Part shown: piece after piece, positions 9,982 to 19,537 of the stretch | How the letters are laid out: the number at the start of each line of letters is the position of its first letter | Numbering within the stretch: position 1 is the stretch's first letter | Source of the DNA: Candidatus Poribacteria bacterium | Lineage (GTDB): Bacteria > Poribacteria > WGA-4E > PCPOR2b | DNA: 64,000 nucleotides | Reading direction: 5' to 3' | Assembly: GCA_965116925.1 (NCBI GenBank) | Contig: OZ220744.1 | Location: forward strand, 6,112,001-6,176,000 | Position numbers and translations under genes: made by a program | The notes under the pieces: generated by a model | What the model was told of the DNA's origin: nothing | Seen by the model: the letters and a program-made list of their open reading frames with translations, nothing else | Database searches by the model: none

Positions 9982-10920
9982 ATGGCTCAATTATCTAAAG
10001 CAATCCTCGGACGGACGGGACTTGACGTAACTCGCCTGAGCTATGGTGCGATGGAGATACGATCGGAGTGGGCTGGCAACGATGATCGTCCACTGACCGA
10101 AACACAGGCGGAAACCGTTCTCAACACGCTGTTAGATGCCGGAATCAACTTCATTGATACCGCCGATTGCTACGGTCGCAGTGAAGAATACATCGGCAGA
10201 TTTATCTCCCACCGCCGCGATGAATACTACTTGGCGAGCAAGTGCGGCTGCCACCCAGATCACGGACAGAAGCATTTGGGTTGGGTCGGCAAAATTTGGA
10301 CGAAAGACAACGTCCACCGCGGCGTGGACGACAGCCTGCGTCGCCTGAAAACCGACTATCTTGATGTGATGCAGTTCCACGGGGCAACGGTAGAAGATTG
10401 CGAAAAAGGGCACGTGATCGATGCGTTGAACGAAGCGCGGGAACAGGGAAAGGTGCGCTGGATCGGCACATCGTCCGCCCTTGAACATAAACCGACCTTT
10501 CTGGAATGGGGTTCGTTTGATGTGTTTCAACTTGGGTATTCTGCCCTTGATCGCACCACTGAAAACTTTATTACTGAGGCAGCGAACGCGGGAACTGGAA
10601 TGATTATCCGGGGTGGCGTGGCACAGGGCGAACCGGGGGAAGGCAGAGGGAGTGCCGATAGATGGCAGCAGGGTTTCGACGAGGCAAAATTGGATGAACT
10701 CCGCGAAGAGGGCGAAAGCCGTACTGCTTTTATTTTGCGTTTTACCCTGAGCCATCCACACGTTCATACGACCATCGTGGGAACGCGGAATGTTGACCAT
10801 CTGCTTGAGAACGTCCGAACTGCTGAACGGGGTCCGTTGGCACCGGATGTTTATGCGGAGGCAAAGCGTCGCCTTGACGCAATCGGGATGACCTCAGCGG
10901 AATCGCTCGAAAATGCGTAG
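9982..10920 (+). CDS. Aldo/keto reductase
   Basis: LGRTGLDVTRL, GINFIDTADCYGRSE, SLRRLKTDYLD, GKVRWIG. Confidence 0.92.
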   Translation: MAQLSKAILGRTGLDVTRLSYGAMEIRSEWAGNDDRPLTETQAETVLNTLLDAGINFIDTADCYGRSEEYIGRFISHRRDEYYLASKCGCHPDHGQKHLGWVGKIWTKDNVHRGVDDSLRRLKTDYLDVMQFHGATVEDCEKGHVIDALNEAREQGKVRWIGTSSALEHKPTFLEWGSFDVFQLGYSALDRTTENFITEAANAGTGMIIRGGVAQGEPGEGRGSADRWQQGFDEAKLDELREEGESRTAFILRFTLSHPHVHTTIVGTRNVDHLLENVRTAERGPLAPDVYAEAKRRLDAIGMTSAESLENA

Positions 10921-10963
10921 TTGTCTAAGTGTTGAGTTGTAAGGCAGATTATAAAAACAATAA

Positions 10964-11021
10964 AAAAGAGGCGCAGTTTCCTCCCCGCTCTAAAGAACGG
11001 GGTTTCCACTGTGAAGATTTG
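10964..11021 (-). mobile_element. Orphan IS200/IS605 left-end remnant
   Basis: Reverse complement closely matches 50298-50356, the left end of the tnpB element, including the CCCCGTTCTTTAGAGCGGGG hairpin. Confidence 0.85.
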
Positions 11022-12158
11022 ATGACGAACAATTTCGGTAGTGAAGTGTACAAAAGACTCGGCGTGCGACCGCTCATCAACGCTGGAGGAACGCAAACCC
11101 TTTGGGGAGGCTCAACGCTTTCCCCTGAAGTGATGGGTGCAATGGTAGATGCCAACTCCAACTACGTGGAGATGGAGGAGCTTCTGGACAAAGCTGGTGA
11201 GCATGTTGCGAAACTGATGGGGGTTGAGGCAGCCTACATAACCTCTGGATGCTTTGCCGCGCTTGCTCTGAGCACCGCCGCCTGTATGACCGGCAGAGAT
11301 CGACAGAAAATTAGCCGACTTCCAGAGATCGTTGGCATCAAGCACGAGGTGCTGATTCAAGCGAAACATCGCAACAGCTACGACCGAGAATATCCTGTGC
11401 CCGGTGGAGTGCTTGTAGAAGTGGGGGACGCGGACGGATGTACCGTTGATACGTTGGAGGGGGCAATAGGACCTAATACCGCAGCGGTCGCTTACCTTGC
11501 TAGGAGGGATAGCGACAGTTCGATTATACCTTTGGCAGATGTTGTCAAAACAGCTCATGCTCACGACGTGCCTGTCATCGTTGATGCTGCGACCCATATC
11601 TATCCGGTAGACTACTTCCGAGGGCTTGCCCAATCAGCAGATCTGGTATGTTTTAGTGGTAAATACTTCAATGCCCCGCCAGCGGTTGGGATTGCATGTG
11701 GTAAAAAGGAGCTGATGGCTGCCGTAGCGGATCACGGCTATATCGGCTTCTACAACCCCGATGGACGTTCATTTGGGAGAGGTTTTAAGATAGGCCGTCA
11801 TGATGTTATCGGATTGGTGGCAGCGCTAGAATGGTGGTTAGACGCAGACCATGAGGAACGTCATGCGAAGGATGAAGCAAAGCTCACTAGTATGCAGCAG
11901 GCATTAGAAGGTATCCCGGGTATTGGGGAGATGGAGATAGTGCACGTCGGCGCACATACCGGGTCTACTCTACAGGTCGGTATCGATTCAGAAATCGCTG
12001 GAAAGGATGCGAGGCAGGTCGTGGCGGAACTTGATGCCGGCGAACCCCGTATCAGGGTTGGTGGGGGAGAGGATAGCATCACGATTCACGCCCATCCTCT
12101 GAACGAAGGTGAGGAAGAAATTATCGTCGATCGGTTAAAGGCTGTGCTTCTCGGCTAA
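11022..12158 (+). CDS. SelA/DgaE-like PLP-dependent enzyme
   Basis: LGVRPLINAGGT.T.GGS, PVIVDAA, DLVCFSGKYF (PLP lysine), GRGFKIG. Confidence 0.85.
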   Translation: MTNNFGSEVYKRLGVRPLINAGGTQTLWGGSTLSPEVMGAMVDANSNYVEMEELLDKAGEHVAKLMGVEAAYITSGCFAALALSTAACMTGRDRQKISRLPEIVGIKHEVLIQAKHRNSYDREYPVPGGVLVEVGDADGCTVDTLEGAIGPNTAAVAYLARRDSDSSIIPLADVVKTAHAHDVPVIVDAATHIYPVDYFRGLAQSADLVCFSGKYFNAPPAVGIACGKKELMAAVADHGYIGFYNPDGRSFGRGFKIGRHDVIGLVAALEWWLDADHEERHAKDEAKLTSMQQALEGIPGIGEMEIVHVGAHTGSTLQVGIDSEIAGKDARQVVAELDAGEPRIRVGGGEDSITIHAHPLNEGEEEIIVDRLKAVLLG

Positions 12159-12209
12159 ATGGTGATTATTTTAGACTTTTTTCTTTTTAACATCGGAGGA
12201 CCGTAATCA

Positions 12210-13055
12210 ATGATGCTAGGTGCACATGTTTCCGCCGCTGGTGGTTTGCACAATTCAATTCGGAACGGGGAAAAATTGGAATGTGAAGCCATCCAGATTT
12301 TCCTTAAAAATCCAAACCGTTGGGTTGGCAAAGAGCCCAGCGAATCGGATATAGAGCAATTTCGGGAGGCGTGGGCTGCGTCTGACATCGTTCGCGAGGG
12401 GCTTGTCCACGACATCCACCTAACCAACCTCGCCTCTCCCAAGCCGGATGTTCTTGAGAACTCCCGCGAACAGTTTCTTTCTCAAATGGAGCTCGCGGAT
12501 GCCTGTGGACTTCGGTATATTGTAACCCATCTCGGATCACATTTGAACGCCGGCGAAGCGGAGGGGTTAAAGGTATTGAGTAATAGCCTGAACGAACTCT
12601 TTGAGCAAACGCTAGGTGGCAGCGTCATTGTCTTGTTGGAGACAACGGCGGGGCAAGGGACAAATCTGGGATATTGCTTTGAGCACCTGCGCGAGATTAT
12701 TGATGACTCGAAATATCCGGAAAGATTGGGTGTCTGTTTCGATACCTGTCATGTCTTCGCAGCGGGATATGATTTGCGGACGGAAGATAATTATTACCGG
12801 ACGTTTAATCAATTTGACCAAATTGTCGGGTTGGATCGGTTGCTCGCGTTCCATCTCAATGATGCGAAATCGCAGTACGGCAGCCGGGTCGATCGTCACG
12901 AACACATCGGCGAAGGCAACATCGGGATAACACCTTTCCAACTGCTTGCCAACGACCCACGCTTTGAGCATATCCCAATGGTTATCGAAACGCCAAAGAT
13001 GGAAACGATGCACGCAACCAATCTTTCGGTGTTGAGAGGGTTGGTGAAGGATTGA
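12210..13055 (+). CDS. nfo: Endonuclease IV (AP endonuclease)
   Basis: LGAHVSAAGG, LETTAGQG, DTCH, HLND, DRHEHIGEG, ETP. Confidence 0.95.
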   Translation: MMLGAHVSAAGGLHNSIRNGEKLECEAIQIFLKNPNRWVGKEPSESDIEQFREAWAASDIVREGLVHDIHLTNLASPKPDVLENSREQFLSQMELADACGLRYIVTHLGSHLNAGEAEGLKVLSNSLNELFEQTLGGSVIVLLETTAGQGTNLGYCFEHLREIIDDSKYPERLGVCFDTCHVFAAGYDLRTEDNYYRTFNQFDQIVGLDRLLAFHLNDAKSQYGSRVDRHEHIGEGNIGITPFQLLANDPRFEHIPMVIETPKMETMHATNLSVLRGLVKD

Positions 13056-13140
13056 AAGGTGTCAGACGAGGTAGACGCGAGATGTCCATAAGTGCATTTA
13101 CGATTTACCTATTATGTTCCACACATCGGAGGACCTTAAT

Positions 13141-13320
13141 ATGCCCATAGGTCCTTGGGAAATACTGATCCTGCTCATCATTTTTCTGGGCATCCTTCTG
13201 ATTTCCCGTCGTCAAACCAAGCGAATTTGTCCTCGATGCGGTTTTGCGATCCGGTCGTATACTACTGAGTGTCCTGAGTGCGGGATGGTTTTTCCGAGGA
13301 AGGAAAGGTCCGGTTCATGA
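13141..13320 (+). CDS. Small membrane-anchored zinc-ribbon protein
   Basis: GGAGGA RBS; MPIGPWEIL TM helix followed by CPRC...CPEC; ATGA overlap with the next gene. Confidence 0.7.
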   Translation: MPIGPWEILILLIIFLGILLISRRQTKRICPRCGFAIRSYTTECPECGMVFPRKERSGS

Positions 13321-14081
13321 AGATTACATTTCTTGGCACAGGCACATCGCACGGGGTCCCGATGATTGCTTGTCGTTGTGATGTTTGTCAATCGAAGGAT
13401 CCCAAAAATCACCGCACCCGTCCCTCAATTGTCATAACCCTTGACAACAACAGAAACATCCTTGTCGATACCTCACCAGAACTTCGACTTCAAGTCCTCC
13501 GATGTGATATTGACCACATTGACGCTATCCTTTATACCCATGCCCACGCAGACCACCTGCACGGACTTGATGATGTCCGTGCGTACTCCGAGATTCAAGG
13601 TACTTCCATTCCCTGTTACGGCAGTCCCGACACTCTCGATCGCCTCAGCACTGTTTTTGAATATGCCTTTCGGCTCCAGCACCTCGGCGGCGGTATCCCG
13701 CAACTGGAACTGGTGCCGATTGATGGTCCATTTCAGCTGTTTGGTGTCGAATTTGTTCCGGTTGATCTGCTACATGGATGGACGGAGGTGCTTGGATTTC
13801 GGATTGGCAATTTCGCTTATGCTACGGACTGTAACGCGATTGCACCAGCCTCAATGGATTTGCTGAGTAATCTTGATGTTCTAGTGCTAGATGCCATCCG
13901 ATGGGAACCGCGGCATCCAACCCATTTCACGATTCCAGAATCGCTGGAAATTGTGAAAGAACTCAACCCCAAACAGACCTATTTTACCCACATGACCCAC
14001 GATGTGGACCATCATTCAACGAACGCACTCCTACCGGAAAATGTTCAGCTTGCTTATGACGGCTTAGTGGTGGAAGTTTAA
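13317..14081 (+). CDS. Metallo-beta-lactamase-fold hydrolase (PhnP-like)
   Basis: FLGTGTSHGVP, CRCDVC, THAHADHLHGLDD, AYDG. Confidence 0.9.
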   Translation: MKITFLGTGTSHGVPMIACRCDVCQSKDPKNHRTRPSIVITLDNNRNILVDTSPELRLQVLRCDIDHIDAILYTHAHADHLHGLDDVRAYSEIQGTSIPCYGSPDTLDRLSTVFEYAFRLQHLGGGIPQLELVPIDGPFQLFGVEFVPVDLLHGWTEVLGFRIGNFAYATDCNAIAPASMDLLSNLDVLVLDAIRWEPRHPTHFTIPESLEIVKELNPKQTYFTHMTHDVDHHSTNALLPENVQLAYDGLVVEV

Positions 14082-14096
14082 GGACGGGGAAGGTAT

Positions 14097-14948
14097 ATGA
14101 ACCGCCATCCATTGCTAGATGTTGAACACATTGAACAGACGCCAGACGTTTATCTGAACAGTGTCGGTTCTGTCTTTGCGGTTTTTGATGAGCGCACCCA
14201 AGATTCGGGAAATATCTCCTATGGGGTGCAGACCATGCAGGGACGCTATTTTGTAAAAACGGCGGGACACCCCGACGATCTGAATCCATTTATGAGCCAC
14301 TCCGGGCGGGTTTCGCTGCTCCGAAACGCGGTTCGGCTCCGGCAGAGTTGTGACCACCGTGCCCTGCCACCGCTGCATCAGGTGATAGAATCGCCCACTG
14401 GACCGCTGCTTGTCTATCAATGGGTTGATGGTGAGCTGATTCGGGTGGACGCTGCAATACGCAACGACCCACAATCGACCTTTCAGCGTTTCCGACGACT
14501 CCCGTTTCAGGAGATAATACGTGCTCTAGATCTTATCTACGAATTACACTACCAACTTGCACAGTTAGGATGGATTGCTGTCGACTTTTACGATGGCTGC
14601 CTGATCTACAACTTTGACTATCAAAATTTACATGTTGTAGACTTAGACAATTACTGTAAGACTCCATTTATAAACGAGATGGGACGGATGTTCGGTTCAT
14701 CGCGTTTTATGGCTCCCGAAGAGTTTGAACGGGGGGCGCACATTGATGAGCGAACCAACGTGTTCACTATGGGGAGAACAGCAGCCGTGCTGTTGTCCGA
14801 TGGTACGTTAGAACGTCGTCCATTTCGTGGAAGCGACGCACTGTACGAGGTGGTTCGCCACGCCTGCTGCGATGATCGAGGGAAACGATACGATTCAATG
14901 GCAGCCTTTTTTACTGCGTGGACGGACGCACGTGTTTCCGAGTTATAG
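14097..14948 (+). CDS. Ser/Thr protein kinase-like protein
   Basis: FVK, DFYDGCL, DLD, GSSRFMAPEE motifs. Confidence 0.75.
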   Translation: MNRHPLLDVEHIEQTPDVYLNSVGSVFAVFDERTQDSGNISYGVQTMQGRYFVKTAGHPDDLNPFMSHSGRVSLLRNAVRLRQSCDHRALPPLHQVIESPTGPLLVYQWVDGELIRVDAAIRNDPQSTFQRFRRLPFQEIIRALDLIYELHYQLAQLGWIAVDFYDGCLIYNFDYQNLHVVDLDNYCKTPFINEMGRMFGSSRFMAPEEFERGAHIDERTNVFTMGRTAAVLLSDGTLERRPFRGSDALYEVVRHACCDDRGKRYDSMAAFFTAWTDARVSEL

Positions 14949-15116
14949 CCAGACGGAACAACCTCGCGAGTGAACATACTGTCAGCTGATTAGGGAGATG
15001 GACATCAGATGACTGATGCTATCAACTACACTAGAGAAAATCGAGGCACACGTGGAATATCGGCGTCCCTGAAATTCCGTAACCGCGCTTACCTTAGAGG
15101 AAGTAATTGAGGAAGG

Positions 15117-15854
15117 TTAAGGTTTCGTTTTAACGCCTCGGAGGACGGATTCATCGCGCCACGGCGGGATATGTGATTCTAGGGTTTTCGTTTCCAAAGC
15201 CAACCCAGAGCAGTTAGACGCTAACACCTCAAAAATCTTATTCGCCACGATACGATGTCCGAGATCGTTGGCATGTACGCCGTCATGGTGGACGAGCCAA
15301 TCTGCGTCGCGGTATGATCCCAGCAAGTCAACAAAAAGGCAATCACACGCATCGGCGACCCCTTTAATTGCGTTGTTGTAGCGATAGAAGAGGTCGAGAT
15401 CGGCGTGGCTCCAGCGTTCACCACCCGCAGTGAAGTCGGTCATGTAATACGGACCGGGTAAGACGATTAACGGCTGAATGTGCCTCCGGACGCGCCGGAT
15501 GATGTCGCGCATCTCGTCGCAAAAGAGGTTGATGGGTGTGCCACCGCGTGCGTCGTTGAGTCCGTACGAAATCACCAACAGATCCGGTCTGTTCTCAATA
15601 ACATGTTGATCGATGCGCTCATTGGCGGCAGGATTTCGGTCAGATTCGAGATAGGCGGGACCTTTGGTCGAGATTAGGTTCGCGCCGATACCCACGTTGA
15701 CCAACTCCACAGGGACACGCTGAAATTCGTTGATCAGCCGTGCCAACTGACTTGCCCAACATCGCTCGCGAATACTGGACCAGCCGCCGGCAGTTGTACT
15801 CTCTCCAATGGTAACTAGCTTCTGAAACTCTTTAGTCCACCAATCCTTTTTCAT
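15117..15854 (-). CDS. SGNH/GDSL hydrolase
   Basis: IGESTTAG, NVGIG, GLND, DGVH. Confidence 0.88.
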   Translation of the reverse strand: MKKDWWTKEFQKLVTIGESTTAGGWSSIRERCWASQLARLINEFQRVPVELVNVGIGANLISTKGPAYLESDRNPAANERIDQHVIENRPDLLVISYGLNDARGGTPINLFCDEMRDIIRRVRRHIQPLIVLPGPYYMTDFTAGGERWSHADLDLFYRYNNAIKGVADACDCLFVDLLGSYRDADWLVHHDGVHANDLGHRIVANKIFEVLASNCSGLALETKTLESHIPPWRDESVLRGVKTKP

Positions 15855-15968
15855 CCCTGTATGCCCTCCCAGAAGTAGATTGATGATTAAGTCTATGGAG
15901 TTTTCCTGTTTAAGACGTTTGTTTAAGTTGACAAATATTCTAACGGAAATCCGATGAATATTCAACTC

Positions 15969-16208
15969 GGTTCTGTTGACATTTCATCACAACTAGACCA
16001 TCAAGAGGGAGCCCAAACGCATAATCCTTTGTAGGGGTTGGGTCTCCCAACCCGTTGTTCGCACGTCGGAGACCATTTCGGACTTTTGTACCACGATCTG
16101 TTAGATTGTGATCCTAGCCTGCAAACTAACAGTTCGCGCTACTTATGGCAGATTGCCTGATGCTTACAGCGTTTGCCGAATCAGCAGTATCAAAATGTCA
16201 ACACGCCC
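15969..16208 (+). mobile_element. MITE family B copy 2
   Basis: Near-identical to 30382-30620; same TIRs. Confidence 0.85.
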
Positions 16209-16432
16209 TAGTTGATAGACCAAGCACTATAAACCGAGTTTTTTCTTCAAAACTCGGTTTCTGTCTGATCTTAACGACTTGGGTTATGTTATGGAATCCC
16301 AGCAGTCGTGCAAATGATGCCAATGGTGGCGCAGATTGCCTAATCTGCGATGCCCGCATTACCTATTACGCTTCGTTTCACGATTCAGACAAACACCAGA
16401 ACAACAACTAGCAACTTAGGTTAATATAGAAA

Positions 16433-16841
16433 GTGTGTCAGACAATTATCGCCCGCTTTGATGCGAGTATGCCTCGAATTGAAAAGGAGGAAGTAAATAT
16501 GCTTCTTGGTAAAAGGCCTGCCATGCAGGTCATCCACCAATTCAGCAACAACAGCGAGAGGACAATTTTGATTATGGGTGAAATCGGTGTCGGTAAAGAC
16601 TTGGTCGCTCAAGCCATTCATTTTGGAGAAGCCCGAGCGTCAAAACCATTTGTGCCAGTCAATTGCAGTCCGACTCCCGCGACACTCTGGGAATCTACTT
16701 TCTTTGGCCATGCCCATGGCGCATTCACCGGAGCGACGGAAAATCATAAAATGGACAGATGGGAATAAGGCAGCAGCGGCACGCCTGCTGAATATCCCTC
16801 AGCGTACCCTTTATCGCAAATTAGCCAAGTACAATTTGTGA
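16433..16841 (+). pseudogene. Sigma-54 enhancer-binding protein remnant (internal deletion plus frameshift)
   Basis: GEIGVGKDLVAQAIH, FVPVNC and GAFTGA in one frame, joined directly to a Fis-type HTH (GNKAAAARLLNIPQRTLYRKL) in another. Confidence 0.88.
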
Positions 16842-16850
16842 ATGCGAGGT

Positions 16851-16921
16851 GTGTCAAAAATGGCACAGGTTTTGCCATTTTTGGCACAATTTCTGCCAAA
16901 ATCGTGCCAAAAGTGGCACAC
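16851..16921. promoter_or_regulatory. Triple palindromic TG(T/C)CA-N4-TGGCAC array (bEBP enhancer sites or a sigma-54 site)
   Basis: GTGTCAAAAATGGCAC, TGCCATTTTTGGCAC, GTGCCAAAAGTGGCAC; also contains TGGCAC-N5-TTGC at 16861-16875. Confidence 0.6.
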
Positions 16922-17065
16922 TTTCCCATCCTGAATCCGGTGCTTATCTGCCCCCTTAACAAAAAAATAAGGGCGGTGTGGTGTCGCCTGGATTCAGGCA
17001 CCGTAAGGATCCCAAGCGTCAGGTCGCAGCATGACCATGGGAGAAATAGGGTTCAAAAGGAAAGG

Positions 17066-17080
17066 TGGTACACAAATTGC
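17066..17080 (+). promoter_or_regulatory. Sigma-54 (-24/-12) promoter
   Basis: TGGTAC-ACAAA-TTGC, about 115 nt upstream of ATG 17196. Confidence 0.65.
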
Positions 17081-17195
17081 CCATATAAGTTCAATTGTTA
17101 CTCACTGGGTAATCGCGCTCAACAGAGGAGATATTCTCATTGACGAAGATAATTTTTCCTTAAAGGTTAAGTTTTACTAACAAAGGAGGTTCATC

Positions 17196-18008
17196 ATGAA
17201 CGCCAAACGTTTTGCAACCCTAACCCTAATACTCACATTATCCTTTGTGTGTTTAGTCAACCATTCTACGGCATCACAGTATCCCCCCGGCACTTGGGAT
17301 CATAGCACAATGGCAACAAAGGCGACCCTTGAAGCCACGCACATTGTTGTTGGTGAAGTCACGCATGTATCCTTTGTGAACGAGGATCTGATAAGCGTCG
17401 TAACAGTCCGAGTCGATAAGGATATAAAGGCAGAGATTGAACGAGTTGCCGCTAGAGATACAAATCCTGTGGGGAACGTGGGAGAAAACGAAGGGGATGC
17501 ACCACAACCTGAGCCGGGGGTAGACGCTGAGAACTCCGATTTAGGAGACGACGCAGCCCCACAAACAGTATCCTTCATTCAAGCTGGCGGACCCTGGGCC
17601 GACGGGGGTTGGGTGGAAGCAAAAGGGCTGCCACTCCTCCAAAGTGGTGACTATGTGTTTCTCCGGTTAAAACCGAACAGGGGTCCACAGATCATACACA
17701 GTGGAAAGGAATACAAGAGTGTCATTGATGCGTATGGCACGGTGTATCCTGTCCAAAAGAGTGGCGATCATATTGATGACTATATCATTGAGAAAGGATG
17801 GCAAAAACTCGATTTCAATGTGCTGGAAATGACTCGCATTGTCCGAACAACTTTAGAACAACCTGAAGCCATGCGAGCATTAGAACGTGGAGTGAGTGGC
17901 TCTTGGCACGCTGTAACACAAGAAACTCACACCCAAACTATAATGGATAAGGTGCTAGAGGTTGAGGGCGAATTAAACCTTCCAACGTTGGGCGATGACG
18001 CTCAATAA
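17196..18008 (+). CDS. Secreted hypothetical protein
   Basis: AAGGAGGT RBS; N-terminal signal peptide; acidic Pro-rich loop. Confidence 0.8.
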   Translation: MNAKRFATLTLILTLSFVCLVNHSTASQYPPGTWDHSTMATKATLEATHIVVGEVTHVSFVNEDLISVVTVRVDKDIKAEIERVAARDTNPVGNVGENEGDAPQPEPGVDAENSDLGDDAAPQTVSFIQAGGPWADGGWVEAKGLPLLQSGDYVFLRLKPNRGPQIIHSGKEYKSVIDAYGTVYPVQKSGDHIDDYIIEKGWQKLDFNVLEMTRIVRTTLEQPEAMRALERGVSGSWHAVTQETHTQTIMDKVLEVEGELNLPTLGDDAQ

Positions 18009-18028
18009 ATCCAATGAGGAGATTTACC

Positions 18029-19096
18029 ATGAAAGCCTTAGTGTTTGTTATAATCGCAGCAGGTTTCACCGGCGTTTGTTTCGCACAAAACTGTGGACTC
18101 GTTGAAGCTGATGCAGATGTATCTGGCACATCTACGTGGTATAACCTCAAATACTATGTTATAGAAAATGCCCCGAATCCAGACCATTGGAAAAAGAAAC
18201 GAGCAGATTACTGGATAAACTCCGGCTCCTGCCCCGCAGGGGGTGTAGCCGCCATCAACGCGGCAGCTAGCACTTGGAATGCGTCCTCATGGAAAGGAAA
18301 CAACGACTTCACTTTAAACTCCAGAGGCAGTACACCAGAATTTGCAAAAAAGAAAGACGGAATGAGTGTTATTGCATTCCAGAATATGCCACCACCGCAC
18401 AATGGGGCTGTAGCAAGAGCGTATGTTATGGATTATGAGATTCGAGTCCCGTGGCATTGGCATAGAAATCGCCTTAAAGAAGTTGATGTCATTTTCGATG
18501 TCAACACATATTGGGCTACTGGTCCAAAACCAGCACACTATGATATAGAGAGTGTCGCGCTCCATGAGTTTGGGCATTTTCTTGCGTTGAATGACCTAGA
18601 ACGGGGTCCGTCGGGGTGTGATGAATTTATAGCTGCGGTTATGTATGAAAGGGGAAATCCCGGTGTAGTGCAAAACACGCTACATTGGATAGATAAATGG
18701 GGCAAGTGGTATATCTATAGCAGTGGTAACGTGGCGATGGCACCATCTGGTATGCCAATCGAAAGAATCCCACCACCACCATTGCAGAGTGATATGGGTG
18801 TGCTGCATACAAGACTGCTAAGCAATTATCCTAACCCATTCAATCCTGAAACATGGATACCCTACCAACTCGCAGACAATGCTAATGTAAGTATTGACAT
18901 CTACGATTCAGATGGAGCGTTGGTCAGACATTTCAGGATAGGTAAACTGGCTCCGGGCAGTTACGTTGAACGCGCAAAGGCTGCCCATTGGGATGGCAAG
19001 GATAGTAATGGTCAGGAGGTTGCGTCGGGTGTATACTTCTACACACTGCAGGCAGATGACTTCTCGCAAACACGGCGCATGGTTATCCTGAAGTAG
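18029..19096 (+). CDS. Secreted matrixin-like metzincin with a C-terminal FlgD/T9SS-A-like tail
   Basis: Signal peptide, HEFGHFLALND, Met-turn AVMY, NYPNPFNPETWIPY...MVILK. Confidence 0.85.
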   Translation: MKALVFVIIAAGFTGVCFAQNCGLVEADADVSGTSTWYNLKYYVIENAPNPDHWKKKRADYWINSGSCPAGGVAAINAAASTWNASSWKGNNDFTLNSRGSTPEFAKKKDGMSVIAFQNMPPPHNGAVARAYVMDYEIRVPWHWHRNRLKEVDVIFDVNTYWATGPKPAHYDIESVALHEFGHFLALNDLERGPSGCDEFIAAVMYERGNPGVVQNTLHWIDKWGKWYIYSSGNVAMAPSGMPIERIPPPPLQSDMGVLHTRLLSNYPNPFNPETWIPYQLADNANVSIDIYDSDGALVRHFRIGKLAPGSYVERAKAAHWDGKDSNGQEVASGVYFYTLQADDFSQTRRMVILK

Positions 19097-19102
19097 AATC
19101 AC

Positions 19103-19130
19103 GGGGCAGTTAACTCGGTTGGCTGCCCCA
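19103..19130 (+). terminator. GC-rich hairpin after the metalloprotease gene
   Basis: GGGGCAGTTAAC-TCG-GTTGGCTGCCCC. Confidence 0.5.
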
Positions 19131-19152
19131 TTCTTAAATATGGAGATTCGAC

Positions 19153-19395
19153 ATGAACTGGTTTCGACTCACCGTCTTAATCCTACTAATTTACATTGCT
19201 ACGCTTATATCAGTCATGTGTATGTTGGAAATTGGCGATTTTGCCTCGTATGCCCAAATACGCCAAGACGTTAAATATATTAACGGACTGGTTCGCACGG
19301 TATCGCATCAGGTTAGCAGTCTGCACTATGATCGCCTTCAGAAGCTCGAAGAACGCCTTGAGAAGTTAGAAGAAGATGAAAAAGCGACGGATTAA
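19153..19395 (+). CDS. Small membrane protein with a coiled-coil tail
   Basis: GGAGA RBS, N-terminal TM helix, LQKLEERLEKLE. Confidence 0.6.
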   Translation: MNWFRLTVLILLIYIATLISVMCMLEIGDFASYAQIRQDVKYINGLVRTVSHQVSSLHYDRLQKLEERLEKLEEDEKATD

Positions 19396-19406
19396 AGAGC
19401 TTCAAG

Positions 19407-19507
19407 TTGAGTTTCACTCTATCTGTCTATAAGCAGGTGTTGTTGAGCGACCGAGCTTCTATTGTACTTGATAGGGATTCACGTCTAACCGTTCAACCCA
19501 ACCTACG
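19407..19507 (-). repeat. REP-derived composite repeat, also present at about 36197-36299
   Basis: Shared CTATC..TATAAG...AGCTTCTATTG...GATAGG...CCGTTCAACCCAACCTAC. Confidence 0.65.
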
Positions 19508-19537
19508 TGCCGTCAAATGCCAACAGAACCTAATCAA

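Noticed and set aside
11022..12158. Calling the PLP enzyme selA
   Set aside because: It is shorter than true SelA, has no selB/selD/tRNA-Sec nearby, and fits the SelA-like/DgaE group better.
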